The position numbers and the translations under genes are program-made. This document shows positions 18,500-27,943 of a DNA stretch of 64,000 nucleotides, one piece after another; the first letter of the stretch is position 1; each line of letters begins with the position of its first letter. Source of the stretch: Roseburia sp. (GTDB taxonomy: Bacteria > Bacillota > Clostridia > Lachnospirales > Lachnospiraceae); NCBI GenBank assembly GCA_017937095.1, contig JAGBEG010000012.1, positions 168,101 through 232,100 of the forward strand, given 5' to 3'. The notes beneath the pieces were generated by a model that searched no databases, was not told the origin of the DNA, and saw only the letters and a list, made by a program, of their open reading frames with translations.

Positions 18500-19918
18500 T
18501 TATAAGCTCCTCCTTCCTCTCGCCGCTGCCATTTTCACGGGTTGCTCTGCCTTTCCTGCATTTTTGCGCACGCCCTTGCTTACCGGGTCATAATGGTTTC
18601 GGTACAGGTCGTTTCCCCGCTTTTTCTCCGCTACCTTTCCGTCTTCTCCATAAAGCTCGTAATACCTATCCGGATTTAAGGAGGTCAGCATTGACTTTCC
18701 GCCGTATACATCCACGGTATCTGCTTTATCTACCCACAAATAGCGCACATCTTTTCCCCATGTGCCAGGTACTCGCGTTTTCACCGCCTGCTCTGTCTCT
18801 TCGCAAATGATTTCCTTGGATATGGTAATATCCAGATTATTCTGCGTACTCCGGTCCGCTGCAGTCTGATATTTCCTGCCACTCGTCTCAAATGTGCCTG
18901 CATTCCAGCCTTTTGTTTTATGTATTTCCGAAGCCTTGATCTTTTGTGGCTGCTTCTTTCCTGTCGGATCCTCCATTACGACCTCTGTGTCCTTCGCCAG
19001 ATATACCGTTCGCATTCCGCCTTCTTCCGGCTTTTTATCAAGCGGCGGAACGATTGCAGCCTTAGGCACCCATATGCTTCCCCACTTCTTCGGATCGCCA
19101 TCTGCATTCATGCCCTTTCCGGCAATCTTTACATGCGTTTCCGTTTCTTCCGTAATCTGGCTCTTCCCGTTCTCTGCATCATAAATAAATTGGAACTGCA
19201 TGGGATGATTCTCTTTTAACTGCTCGGACCGCTCCCTGAATTGGATAATATCCGCAAGGTTGTCCACCTTTTCATGATCCACCCCTGCGGTTTGCTCTTT
19301 TGGGTTCTTTTCCTCCTGATGCTTCTGCACATACTCCGAGAAATTGATAATCTTTTCTTCGTAATCCTCCCCAAAACGTTCCTTCATATCGGCTTCAAAC
19401 GCTTCTTCCGGCACTGTGGCGCCTACATTTTCCGCAAATTCCTCCATTGTTTCAGCATGATTATTCTGATCAAAAGAACGCTCCGACTCCTCTTCTGACA
19501 TACCGTTCTTCACATCTTCTTGCATTTGCTTTTTCTTTTGTCTTGCTAAAAGCTCCTGAAACATAGCCAGATCCTTCTCCATGATAACAATCTCCACGGA
19601 ACCCTTCTTCCCTGATTTTAGCGGTCGAAATGCATGATAGAGGATTCCGTATTTTTTTAACATTGAATTCATCTCATGATATGTTTTTTCATCTAATGTT
19701 ACCGGAATCGTCGCCTGATCGCCCGCACGCGCCTTGAAGTTTTTCATATTCGTCTGCCCCATTGCTTTTTTGTATGGCGCATCCTTAATTGTACATAAAA
19801 GGAATTTCAGCAGTTGCAATGCTACTTTCACAGCATCCTTTGACAACTGATATGCCAGCTTGATTCCTTCAACTTCCATGTAGATTACCTGCATGGCATC
19901 TCCGCCCTGCCCTGTCAT
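18500..19918 (-). CDS. PcfB/DUF3801-like protein with long C-terminal extension
   Basis: GQTNMKNF...LKKYGILY motif; located between the relaxase region and virD4. Confidence 0.6.
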   Translation of the reverse strand: MTGQGGDAMQVIYMEVEGIKLAYQLSKDAVKVALQLLKFLLCTIKDAPYKKAMGQTNMKNFKARAGDQATIPVTLDEKTYHEMNSMLKKYGILYHAFRPLKSGKKGSVEIVIMEKDLAMFQELLARQKKKQMQEDVKNGMSEEESERSFDQNNHAETMEEFAENVGATVPEEAFEADMKERFGEDYEEKIINFSEYVQKHQEEKNPKEQTAGVDHEKVDNLADIIQFRERSEQLKENHPMQFQFIYDAENGKSQITEETETHVKIAGKGMNADGDPKKWGSIWVPKAAIVPPLDKKPEEGGMRTVYLAKDTEVVMEDPTGKKQPQKIKASEIHKTKGWNAGTFETSGRKYQTAADRSTQNNLDITISKEIICEETEQAVKTRVPGTWGKDVRYLWVDKADTVDVYGGKSMLTSLNPDRYYELYGEDGKVAEKKRGNDLYRNHYDPVSKGVRKNAGKAEQPVKMAAARGRRSL

Positions 19919-21102
19919 TCGTTCTCCTCCTTCTCATCTTCCTGTTCTCGTGCATCCTCTGTATCAATGACCTCCCTCTCCATTCCCGGCATGTCCTCGA
20001 CCAACGTATCACACAGCTCCATCAGCTCCTCCTCCGGGAGATCCTTCTCCAGAAGTGAGAAAATGAACTCATTTGTCATACCGCCATTCATTAAGCGCCG
20101 GATTGCAAGTATCTTGTCTTTTCTGTATTTTTTCTCTACCATGATCTCAAAGATCTTCCCGACCTGCGTCTCCGCATCCATTTTCTCGAACGCTTTTTTC
20201 ATATGTCTGCTTAATAGAATCTGAAAAAAAGAAACGCGTTCGCCATGCGCTTTCTCCGCCTCTCTCAGTTCCGTCACAAGAATTCTGTTATCAAGAAATT
20301 CTTTTCCGTCCGGAAATTCCGGAACCTCATGCTGCTCGTCCCCCTTCTTTTCCTGCACATTTGCTTCTTTCTCTTTCTGCTCCCCCTGCCTCTCCTTGAA
20401 TTCAACATCCTTCGGCTGCTCTGGCAGATACTCCTTATCATTTTCTTTTATCCGTTCCCTGCCACTTGCCATTCCTCCCATAAATTTCTGCATTGCTGTA
20501 AGCACAGCATCCGTCACAGCCTTTGCCATGTCAGCTTCCATTCTGTCTGCGGGCGCACTCTGCCTGTCCTGCTTAACTTCTTTCTCCTGCGGCTGCACCT
20601 TTATCTGCGATTGTGTTTCTTCCCGAAACTCACCTATACACCCTTCTTCTCTCAGTGTAAGTCCTATTCTGCGCTGACAAAGTTCAAATACAGTTTCCGA
20701 TTCCTTTAACAACTGCCGCATCACTTCTACCCGAATCCCCGCCTTGTATGCCTCTGTAATTTCATTCACATACAATGTTCCGGAAATCCTGTTCTTCTGC
20801 AGCGCTTGTACTGCAAGCTGCACCCATTCAACAGACGCTGCATAACATAAAAGAATACCCATAGATGCTACGGAAGCGGAATCCTGAAATCTCGGATACA
20901 ACAAATATTCATATACGTCTTTTCTGATTCCTCCCATATTTAATACGAAATTCAGCAGCACTTCCTGCGCTTCTGATGCCGGCGTAGAATTTCCCGTCGC
21001 TTTATCATATGCACATTCGACAGAGCTTCTGGCTCGCTCTCTCCACTCCTCAGAATTAAGTTCCTTCAATGTCAATACTTCCATTCTCTCTTCCTGCAGC
21101 AT
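19915..21102 (-). CDS. Hypothetical protein
   Basis: 395-aa ORF coupled within the mobilisation operon. Confidence 0.6.
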   Translation of the reverse strand: MLQEERMEVLTLKELNSEEWRERARSSVECAYDKATGNSTPASEAQEVLLNFVLNMGGIRKDVYEYLLYPRFQDSASVASMGILLCYAASVEWVQLAVQALQKNRISGTLYVNEITEAYKAGIRVEVMRQLLKESETVFELCQRRIGLTLREEGCIGEFREETQSQIKVQPQEKEVKQDRQSAPADRMEADMAKAVTDAVLTAMQKFMGGMASGRERIKENDKEYLPEQPKDVEFKERQGEQKEKEANVQEKKGDEQHEVPEFPDGKEFLDNRILVTELREAEKAHGERVSFFQILLSRHMKKAFEKMDAETQVGKIFEIMVEKKYRKDKILAIRRLMNGGMTNEFIFSLLEKDLPEEELMELCDTLVEDMPGMEREVIDTEDAREQEDEKEENE

Positions 21103-21105
21103 GTA

Positions 21106-22725
21106 TTATCGCTCCCTTCCTTTATTCCTTTTCCGATTTCTGTTTTGCTCATTTTCTTCTCTTTCTGCTCCATGCTGTTCCAAGCTCTCTAGCTCCGCTT
21201 CCTCCGCCGGAGCATATTCCTCCATTACTTTCTGGTACTCTTCACAAAGTTCGCTTAGTGCTTCCAGCTTCTTTTTCTCCTCCCGAAGCTGCCTTAAACT
21301 GTCTCTTTTCTTTTGTGTACACCCTTCCAGATATATTTCCAGTTCCTCTTTTCCATATGGAAACGCCGAAACTTTTTCCTTCAGCCGCTCATAAGCCTTT
21401 GCCTCCTCATCAAATACTGTCTTCCCTTCCTGTGCTAACAGGTATGCTCCTTCCAGTTCTGCAAGTTTCTCATAATCTGCAACCATATTTTCATATGGTT
21501 TTCTATCTTTCGCCTGCTCCTTAAGCTCTCCTTTAAGTCCTTCCACCTTTTTCTGCAGTTCTGCCATATCCGCTTCTATCCCTGCCTTTGTCCGGTAATC
21601 ATGCTCTATAAGCAGGCTTATCTGATATTCCAGTTTGCGAATACTCTTGATCCGCTCTCGCGTTTCCCGATAGGTAGGACGTTTTCTGTGTCCCGAAAGG
21701 ATGCCCAATCGGTACAATCGTGCATATTGCTTCCTGAGATACTCATTATCTGTTTTGTAACATATGCGCACATGATAGAATCTTCCCGTAAGCAGATAAA
21801 ATGTATCCTGCTCTCCGGTCTGTGCTTCTCTTGGCGGGAGTTCCTTATGATATGCGTTAATACGCCGTTTTATCATATCGAGCGTGTAATCCGCTCCAAG
21901 TGTATGCGTTCTCCGAAACCTTTTCATGCCATAGGTTCTAAGTTTCATGTAGGTACCGTATTTCTCACTTTTTCCATATCCGATTTCATATCCCAGATCT
22001 TTTAATTTCTCTTCAAATTCCGCAAAGTTCTCACTGCTCCCGATGAGCATGTCAATATCATCCCGGATATAGTCCGACATGGAATAGCCGTCTTTCCCCT
22101 CCTTCTGATAATGGTAATTACCGTGTGCCTTTCGCCCGCGCCCTGTACTCTTCATCCGCTTCTTCTCCTGACGCTCTTTCGCATATTCCGCGATTGATAT
22201 GCCTGTATCCTCCTCTAAGGTATGAAGCCCCTGTTCTTTACAGAGCTGATCCATAAGCGGCTGTATATTTCTTTCCCACTCATCAGCCGGAAAATGATAT
22301 TTTCGACCAGTCTTATAATTCACGCTGTTAAATACAATGTGCGTGTGCATATGTTCTGTATCCAGATGTGCGCTGTAAACCGCCTCATAATCCGGCAAAT
22401 ACTTCTCACAAAACTGCCTCGTAATCTCCATCGCAGTCTCCGGGGATACCGCCTCCTTTGGACTCCATGAAATTACAATGTGATACCCAAGCCGATCATG
22501 TTCGTAGCCTTGTGACTGTGGATCCGGCTCCTTACCATATTGCCGTTTCGTCTCTATCATCTCTTTTAATGCTGTTTCGCATCTGCAGTTTAAGCTCGCC
22601 GTATAAAGTCCTCCCAGCGTCTTCTCCGGTTTCAAAATATATTTAATGGCATGTCTTAAATGTGCATAAATTCCTCTTCCGGTTCCTGGATGGATGTGTG
22701 GCTCTACAACATGTACGATTGCCAT
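21106..22725 (-). CDS. MOB_P-type relaxase
   Basis: GYHIVISW...AHLDTEHMHTHIVFNSV HUH motifs. Confidence 0.9.
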   Translation of the reverse strand: MAIVHVVEPHIHPGTGRGIYAHLRHAIKYILKPEKTLGGLYTASLNCRCETALKEMIETKRQYGKEPDPQSQGYEHDRLGYHIVISWSPKEAVSPETAMEITRQFCEKYLPDYEAVYSAHLDTEHMHTHIVFNSVNYKTGRKYHFPADEWERNIQPLMDQLCKEQGLHTLEEDTGISIAEYAKERQEKKRMKSTGRGRKAHGNYHYQKEGKDGYSMSDYIRDDIDMLIGSSENFAEFEEKLKDLGYEIGYGKSEKYGTYMKLRTYGMKRFRRTHTLGADYTLDMIKRRINAYHKELPPREAQTGEQDTFYLLTGRFYHVRICYKTDNEYLRKQYARLYRLGILSGHRKRPTYRETRERIKSIRKLEYQISLLIEHDYRTKAGIEADMAELQKKVEGLKGELKEQAKDRKPYENMVADYEKLAELEGAYLLAQEGKTVFDEEAKAYERLKEKVSAFPYGKEELEIYLEGCTQKKRDSLRQLREEKKKLEALSELCEEYQKVMEEYAPAEEAELESLEQHGAEREENEQNRNRKRNKGRER

Positions 22726-22728
22726 ACT

Positions 22729-22968
22729 TTATCTGGATCGTGCCGGTCGCTTTTCCTGCACCTGATTTTCCTTCTCAAACTGTGTTCTGCACTCTCTTTC
22801 TGTCTGTTCCACCCTTTCCTTAATCTGTGTCAAATAAGTGTAATCCAGACTTCCTTCCAAAAATCCCTTTCCAAGCATCGCCGCAATCTCATTTTCCACA
22901 CCTGCCATCCGCTCTATGCTCTCGGATTTCTCTAATTGTTCTAACAGTTCTTCCATACGGTCGTTCAT
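22729..22968 (-). CDS. Small hypothetical protein
   Basis: Coupled between mobC and the relaxase. Confidence 0.6.
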   Translation of the reverse strand: MNDRMEELLEQLEKSESIERMAGVENEIAAMLGKGFLEGSLDYTYLTQIKERVEQTERECRTQFEKENQVQEKRPARSR

Positions 22969-23303
22969 CTTTTATTTCCTTCCTTTCTCTCATCCGCACA
23001 AAGTTCCATGATTTTTTGCATCATGGCAAACAATTTTTTCTTTTCATACTCTGTGTAATAATGCATATTTACATTTCTTACAATCTGATTGATATTGTTA
23101 CCGATTCGATTGATTTCGTAAGCCAACTGTTTTTTTGCCAGGAATTCTTCCTGCGTCTGTACCGAAACCGTTTTTCCCATGTCCTCATCAATCAGTCTAC
23201 GGATATATTCCGAATATTTAATGCCATACATTTCGCATCGGCTTTTTGTATGTTCCCATTGTGCCTGCGTAATACGGACATTTTTATGAATACTTTTATC
23301 CAC
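22965..23303 (-). CDS. mobC: MobC relaxosome accessory protein
   Basis: RHH-like N-terminus; EINRIGNNINQIVR motif. Confidence 0.85.
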   Translation of the reverse strand: MDKSIHKNVRITQAQWEHTKSRCEMYGIKYSEYIRRLIDEDMGKTVSVQTQEEFLAKKQLAYEINRIGNNINQIVRNVNMHYYTEYEKKKLFAMMQKIMELCADERKEGNKR

Positions 23304-23333
23304 TGTGTTTTATCCCTTCGCCGACATTTTGAT

Positions 23334-23864
23334 TCATCTGCCTCTTTTCGCCGCTCTCTCAGGCAGTTCTTTCCTTAAAACTTGAGATTCCGATAGTGTC
23401 TGCTTTCTCATATTCTCTCCACAGAAAAGCAGATATGCCTTAAAAATGTCTTTCATCTCTTTAGGCAGCGTATGTTCACTCAATGTCTGTCCGCACATAT
23501 CTATCCTTGCAATCGCTTCCTTTTGCTTCGCTTCGTCCGCTATCTGTTCCTGGTATTGATCTGTCACATCAAACAGCTCCGTAACCACCGCTTCAAGCAT
23601 TTGCATCTGTTCCTTGTTAAGTATCTTTCCCTGCCTTGCCACCCCGTCCAGATATGCGGACATTGCCACTGCGCTTTTGATAATCATTGCGTTATTTTTT
23701 GACTTTCTTGTATAATTCGAAAATGCTCCGGCGACGTTCTCATAATCCGTCTCCTTTAATGGCTGTCTTGCGAAACTATAATATGCTGTCAACTCCACCA
23801 TATTTTTCATTACCTTGCACATCCAATCCCTCTGACTCTTTGATAGGACAATGAATTCGTTCAC
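23334..23864 (-). CDS. Hypothetical protein, first gene of the mob operon
   Basis: GTG start at 23864 with RBS GGAGGTG (ORF track start 23909 lies inside the promoter). Confidence 0.6.
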   Translation of the reverse strand: MNEFIVLSKSQRDWMCKVMKNMVELTAYYSFARQPLKETDYENVAGAFSNYTRKSKNNAMIIKSAVAMSAYLDGVARQGKILNKEQMQMLEAVVTELFDVTDQYQEQIADEAKQKEAIARIDMCGQTLSEHTLPKEMKDIFKAYLLFCGENMRKQTLSESQVLRKELPERAAKRGR

Positions 23865-23889
23865 TTTTCTCACCTCCAGTCCGCTCTCT

Positions 23890-23969
23890 ATTATGAATAT
23901 TTCGCACACTCATTTCGACGGAATAAAAGAAAAGTTTTCGTTCTATTTCTTTCTTTTAGGAAAAGGTCA
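23890..23969 (-). promoter_or_regulatory. Conserved transfer-operon promoter, copy C (mob operon)
   Basis: -10 CATAAT (23890-23895); box AAGAAAAGTTTT at 23927 and TTTCTTTTAGGAAAAGGTCA. Confidence 0.7.
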
Positions 23970-24080
23970 ATCTCTTGCATTTGGGCACAAAAAAAACAGC
24001 TCTACGACTATTCGCCGTAAAGCTGTTTTTGACTTCGCGACACAATGTCGCGAAGTTCGCCGCGCAAGCAAATGCAAATT

Positions 24081-24575
24081 TCATCTACCTCGTTTCCTAT
24101 TTCTGTTTTCTCTTACAAATTCCTCACTCGGTTGACCATTTTCTTCCTCACCTACATATTCTGGTTTCCGTACTTTCAAATATGTCAATACTGATTCTCT
24201 GCATGCATCAACCGCCTCCATGCATTCTTCCAAATCCTCTTTATCTACCGTTATACTTTCATCCCCTGGATATCTTGTATTAAAATAATATCCATCCACT
24301 TTTTTTATGCTGCCTTCATCACAGCAGAATCCCGGTACTTCCTGTTTTATATACTTCAATAATTTCCGTATGTTGTGTGTCTTCATCACGCTCTCGTATT
24401 GCGGTTTTCTGCAATCCGAATCTAACTCAATTAAATACTTCAAGTACTTCTCACATATTCCCTGCGCTATGGCTGCCATACTATTCGCCACAAATCCATT
24501 TTCATACGCGGCTTTAAAAAACGTATAATCATTTTCTGCAAAATCAAAATACGTTACTAATTGCTTCTTTTCCAT
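24081..24575 (-). CDS. HEPN domain protein
   Basis: CEKYLK, KTHNIRKL, TRYPG motifs; paired with the upstream MNT. Confidence 0.85.
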   Translation of the reverse strand: MEKKQLVTYFDFAENDYTFFKAAYENGFVANSMAAIAQGICEKYLKYLIELDSDCRKPQYESVMKTHNIRKLLKYIKQEVPGFCCDEGSIKKVDGYYFNTRYPGDESITVDKEDLEECMEAVDACRESVLTYLKVRKPEYVGEEENGQPSEEFVRENRNRKRGR

Positions 24576-24910
24576 ATATTTCTCCCCTCTTTTCTTATAT
24601 TTCTATGATAAAACTGATTACTCTCTTTCCATGTATCTCCAAATGTAACCTTTAAATCTACATCCACACCGCTAAAATCTTCCGCATCAGTCACATCGCT
24701 TTTTAATTCCAGAATTTCAGAATGATATTCTCTGCCCTTTTCATCCAAAACCAAAAACAGATCAATGTCGCTCGAATATTTGTAATCGCCACGTGCATAA
24801 CTTCCATACAGGTACAGTTCTTTTACGAACTCTGCCAAAGGTGAAGTACGAATTACCCTGACCGCATATTCAAGCGCTTTTTCATGACGGTCTATTTTTT
24901 CTGCATCCAT
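24557..24910 (-). CDS. Minimal nucleotidyltransferase (MNT)
   Basis: LYGSYARGD..YSSDIDL; start moved to ATG 24910. Confidence 0.85.
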   Translation of the reverse strand: MDAEKIDRHEKALEYAVRVIRTSPLAEFVKELYLYGSYARGDYKYSSDIDLFLVLDEKGREYHSEILELKSDVTDAEDFSGVDVDLKVTFGDTWKESNQFYHRNIRKEGRNIWKRSN

Positions 24911-24982
24911 TCTACGATTCTCCTTCTGATTATCAACTTCACGACACAATGTCGCGAAGTTACATAGCGAGACTTCTTCCTA

Positions 24983-25699
24983 TCATCTTCCATGTCTTTT
25001 TCTTTTAAACATTTCCTCATTGATTGGTTCATTTTCAATTTCTCTTACTGTCTTCTTTCCCAGAATCGAGGTCTGATATAGAAACTCTGTAATCCGTTCA
25101 TCCTGATTTGTCTCGTAATATTTCACAAGCAGTTCAAAGAACTCGTTATTTTTCTCTACTGGAATCCGCAGCAATCCCTTTCCGCTCTGTATCAATATCT
25201 GGTTCGCTGCTAACTGTGCCACCCTTTTGTTTCCATCGCTGAACATCTGTGTACGCATTATATACAGCATCATCTTTATCGCCTTCTGCGTACAGCAGTC
25301 CATTTCCATAATACGCTTCAAATCGTTTATGATTTGTTCCTTTTCCGGGATTTCCGGTTTCCATGATGTTCCCCCAATATTGACATCATAATTTCGCAAA
25401 TTTCCGGCATCTGACATCAGCCCCGTATTTATAATCTGATTCAACTGCCGCAAATATAAGATGTCCAATGGATAATCCAGGCTATCAAACACGAACTGCC
25501 ATGCATGCTTCAGATTATTGACCTTGTTAATATCATCGACCGACAGTCCTGCAACACTTCTTCCCTCATAAATCTGCTGCGTGTCAGGAAAAGTAACTGC
25601 AATTCCCTCGATACGTGCAGAAGAATAAATGCAATCCACAATATTCCGTTTTGCCAGTTCCACGCATTCCTCTTGTGTCATATTGTAAATATCATCCAT
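24983..25699 (-). CDS. Fic/Doc family protein
   Basis: QMFSDGNKR variant of the HPFxDGNGR motif. Confidence 0.8.
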   Translation of the reverse strand: MDDIYNMTQEECVELAKRNIVDCIYSSARIEGIAVTFPDTQQIYEGRSVAGLSVDDINKVNNLKHAWQFVFDSLDYPLDILYLRQLNQIINTGLMSDAGNLRNYDVNIGGTSWKPEIPEKEQIINDLKRIMEMDCCTQKAIKMMLYIMRTQMFSDGNKRVAQLAANQILIQSGKGLLRIPVEKNNEFFELLVKYYETNQDERITEFLYQTSILGKKTVREIENEPINEEMFKRKRHGR

Positions 25700-25934
25700 G
25701 TGTTTTCCCCCTGCAACCCTTACGTATCAAGTTTTACCTCATTGCTTATATTATACCAGACGCCTTGGGTTTTTCAACGCCATATTCCATAGCTTTTCTC
25801 ACTTTTGCCACTTCACGACATACTGTCGCAAAGTTCACCCTATCCCATTAACTTCGCGACAGCGTGACGCGAAGTTAAACTCTTATATCCAACTTCACGA
25901 CACGCTGTCGCGAAGTTGTCAGCGTAAGCATCGC

Positions 25935-26010
25935 CGGGGTATTAGGGGTGTCCCCTAACAAGTGCATTTGTATTACAAATGCGTATCTTGCCATTGATGG
26001 CAATCAATGG
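25935..26010 (+). other. Putative oriT
   Basis: Inverted repeats TTAGGGG-3-CCCCTAA and GCATTTGT-3-ACAAATGC followed by TATCTTG^CCA (25984-25993), matching the MOB_P nic consensus YAWCYTG. Confidence 0.65.
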
Positions 26011-26097
26011 TTTCACACAAAACCCTGCGGATAAAAAGAAAATCCTGCAACTTCACGACACGCTGTCGCGAAGTTCCAATAACCGTTCCGGACTCCC

Positions 26098-26140
26098 TCA
26101 AAAAAACAGGACTGCATCACGATTGTGTCACAGTCCTGTC
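26098..26140 (-). terminator. Rho-independent terminator of the Rpn-like gene
   Basis: ACAGGACTG...CAGTCCTGT stem followed by a T-run on the minus strand. Confidence 0.7.
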
Positions 26141-26183
26141 ACTCTATTTTCTTTAAATATCATTTTATATCCCTGTTGCGAAA

Positions 26184-27191
26184 TCATCTTCGTTTCGCAG
26201 GTCTTCTTCTCTCCTGCATCTCTTCAGCCTGCATCTCCTCTTCTTCCTGTTTCTTTATCTGTAGCACATCCTCTTTCGTACAGCCGGAATACATCATAAT
26301 TTTCTCCATAGACTCTCCCTCTTCCAGCATCCTCTTGACAAAATTTACCGTTGCCTGCTCGATTCCCTGCTCAATTCCCTGCTCGATTCCCTGCTCGATT
26401 CCTTCTTCTAACAAACTCGCACCTAATCCTGACATATGTGCCACCTCCTGTCTCAATGCTTCATTCCCTGCTATATCCGTGTATTGTTCCATCTTTTTGA
26501 TTTCACCGTCAAATACTGCCGAGAGGAAATCAAAAATCTTATCTCTGCTGTTGCCGCCTCTGCGGATCATGATTACATTCAATAAATCAAAATCCTCTTC
26601 TGCCTCGTTACATACCCCGATAATATCACTTTTTTGTATAGAGTATGCTGTCGCCGTATCACGCAGCTCTGGCGGAATATTCTTATTGCAAATCCAGATT
26701 GAATACACCTTTTCCAACGCTGAATAATCCGTCGTCTCTGTCAATCCCCCTAACTGTGCACTTAGTTCACGCACTGCATAATAAAGTGCCCTCTTTATAA
26801 CAGGATATGCCGGATTTCTCGGCTTATAATCATTCTGCACCTCAAGATCAATATGCAAATGTACACAAATCCTGGAATCCGTCAATACTGGGTTCACTGA
26901 CTTAAAATGTACATCATAACGAATCAGCTTCTCCGTGACAGACGAAAGTTCTGTCGGAAGTCCTTCAATCTTTATTGGCACATCCTCTACCGGTATTTCT
27001 TCAATCGTATCCGAATCAATACACCTGATGACCTCTTCCACTGTACAATTCTTGTATTCCGGTACCACCATCTGCATAATAGGAGCAATGATCTCTTTAT
27101 TCCGAAATATCCGTTTACATGCTTCATCATATTCCCGGCTGGTTGCTGCCGTTGCATATAAGTCCGTTCTGGTTTCCTCTCTCACGCACAT
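26184..27191 (-). CDS. Rpn/PD-(D/E)XK nuclease family protein
   Basis: YDVHF...IDLEVQND, YSIWIC, GIEQGIEQGIEQ repeat. Confidence 0.8.
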   Translation of the reverse strand: MCVREETRTDLYATAATSREYDEACKRIFRNKEIIAPIMQMVVPEYKNCTVEEVIRCIDSDTIEEIPVEDVPIKIEGLPTELSSVTEKLIRYDVHFKSVNPVLTDSRICVHLHIDLEVQNDYKPRNPAYPVIKRALYYAVRELSAQLGGLTETTDYSALEKVYSIWICNKNIPPELRDTATAYSIQKSDIIGVCNEAEEDFDLLNVIMIRRGGNSRDKIFDFLSAVFDGEIKKMEQYTDIAGNEALRQEVAHMSGLGASLLEEGIEQGIEQGIEQGIEQATVNFVKRMLEEGESMEKIMMYSGCTKEDVLQIKKQEEEEMQAEEMQERRRPAKRR

Positions 27192-27534
27192 TTTCCTCTT
27201 TCTATCTTGATTATATCAAATTTCAGTTCTTTTACAACATGATTTTCCTAATGGCTCTCTTTCCTGATTACTCTCTTTCCCGCAACTTCGCGTCACGCTG
27301 TCGTGAAGTTCCGTCCCGCCTGACTGTCAAACAGTTGTTTTCTGTTAATTGTCTGGTATTCGTATAGCAGCATATGTCAGCTTAATTGTACTCACAAGAC
27401 AGCAAGATTTTCTGGCAATTACGAGCAGCATTCGCATGACAAGTACGATAGCGATTACTCTGACATTTTTACATCTTCGCAAGCCAAACTGTTGAAAATT
27501 TTCTCATACTCCCCGCTGCACCGGAACAGGATAT

Positions 27535-27796
27535 CAGAATAAATAAAGAAAAACACATATATAATAAATATAGAAGAAATATACTCAATTTCTATTTTCC
27601 GCCAAATGCCTCTATTTCCTGTATTCGCGCCGATTTTCCGATGTAAGAAACTTGAATGCTCTCCCCCGCTGATATTACCCCGAAACTTGAATACTTTTTT
27701 CGAAACATGCATCAGACTTGAATACTTTTTTCAGTGCGTCATGAAACTTGAATACTTTTTCCAAAATATGTCACAGAACTTGAATACTTTTTCCGA
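27535..27796. repeat. Putative oriV: AT-rich tract plus five iteron-like direct repeats
   Basis: Core ACTTGAATRCT starting at 27650, 27685, 27716, 27746, 27778; four continue with TTTT; AT-rich tract at about 27535-27600. Confidence 0.7.
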
Positions 27797-27943
27797 GATA
27801 CAAAAAACATCTGCCCGCACCAGTCCGATCCAGTGCTCCTGCAGATGCAAAAATTTACTTCCTATTCGATTTTGTCCATACATCCGGCATTCTGCGGAAC
27901 GCCGAATAGACTATCTGCTGTGCAGACAGTCCCTGTATTTTCC

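Larger units (their letters stand above)
24031..27310. repeat. Seven 27-bp palindromes, consensus AACTTCRCGWCA-N3-TGWCGYRAAGTT
   Basis: Copies at 24031, 24935, 25809, 25850, 25891, 26049, 27284. Confidence 0.85.

Noticed and set aside
24031-27310. CRISPR repeats from the 27-bp palindromes
   Set aside because: Irregular spacing (41 bp to over 1 kb) with genes between copies
27647-27796. CRISPR array
   Set aside because: Repeat core about 18 bp and period 30-35 bp leave spacers of about 13 bp, too short; no cas genes; adjacent Rep-like gene favours iterons
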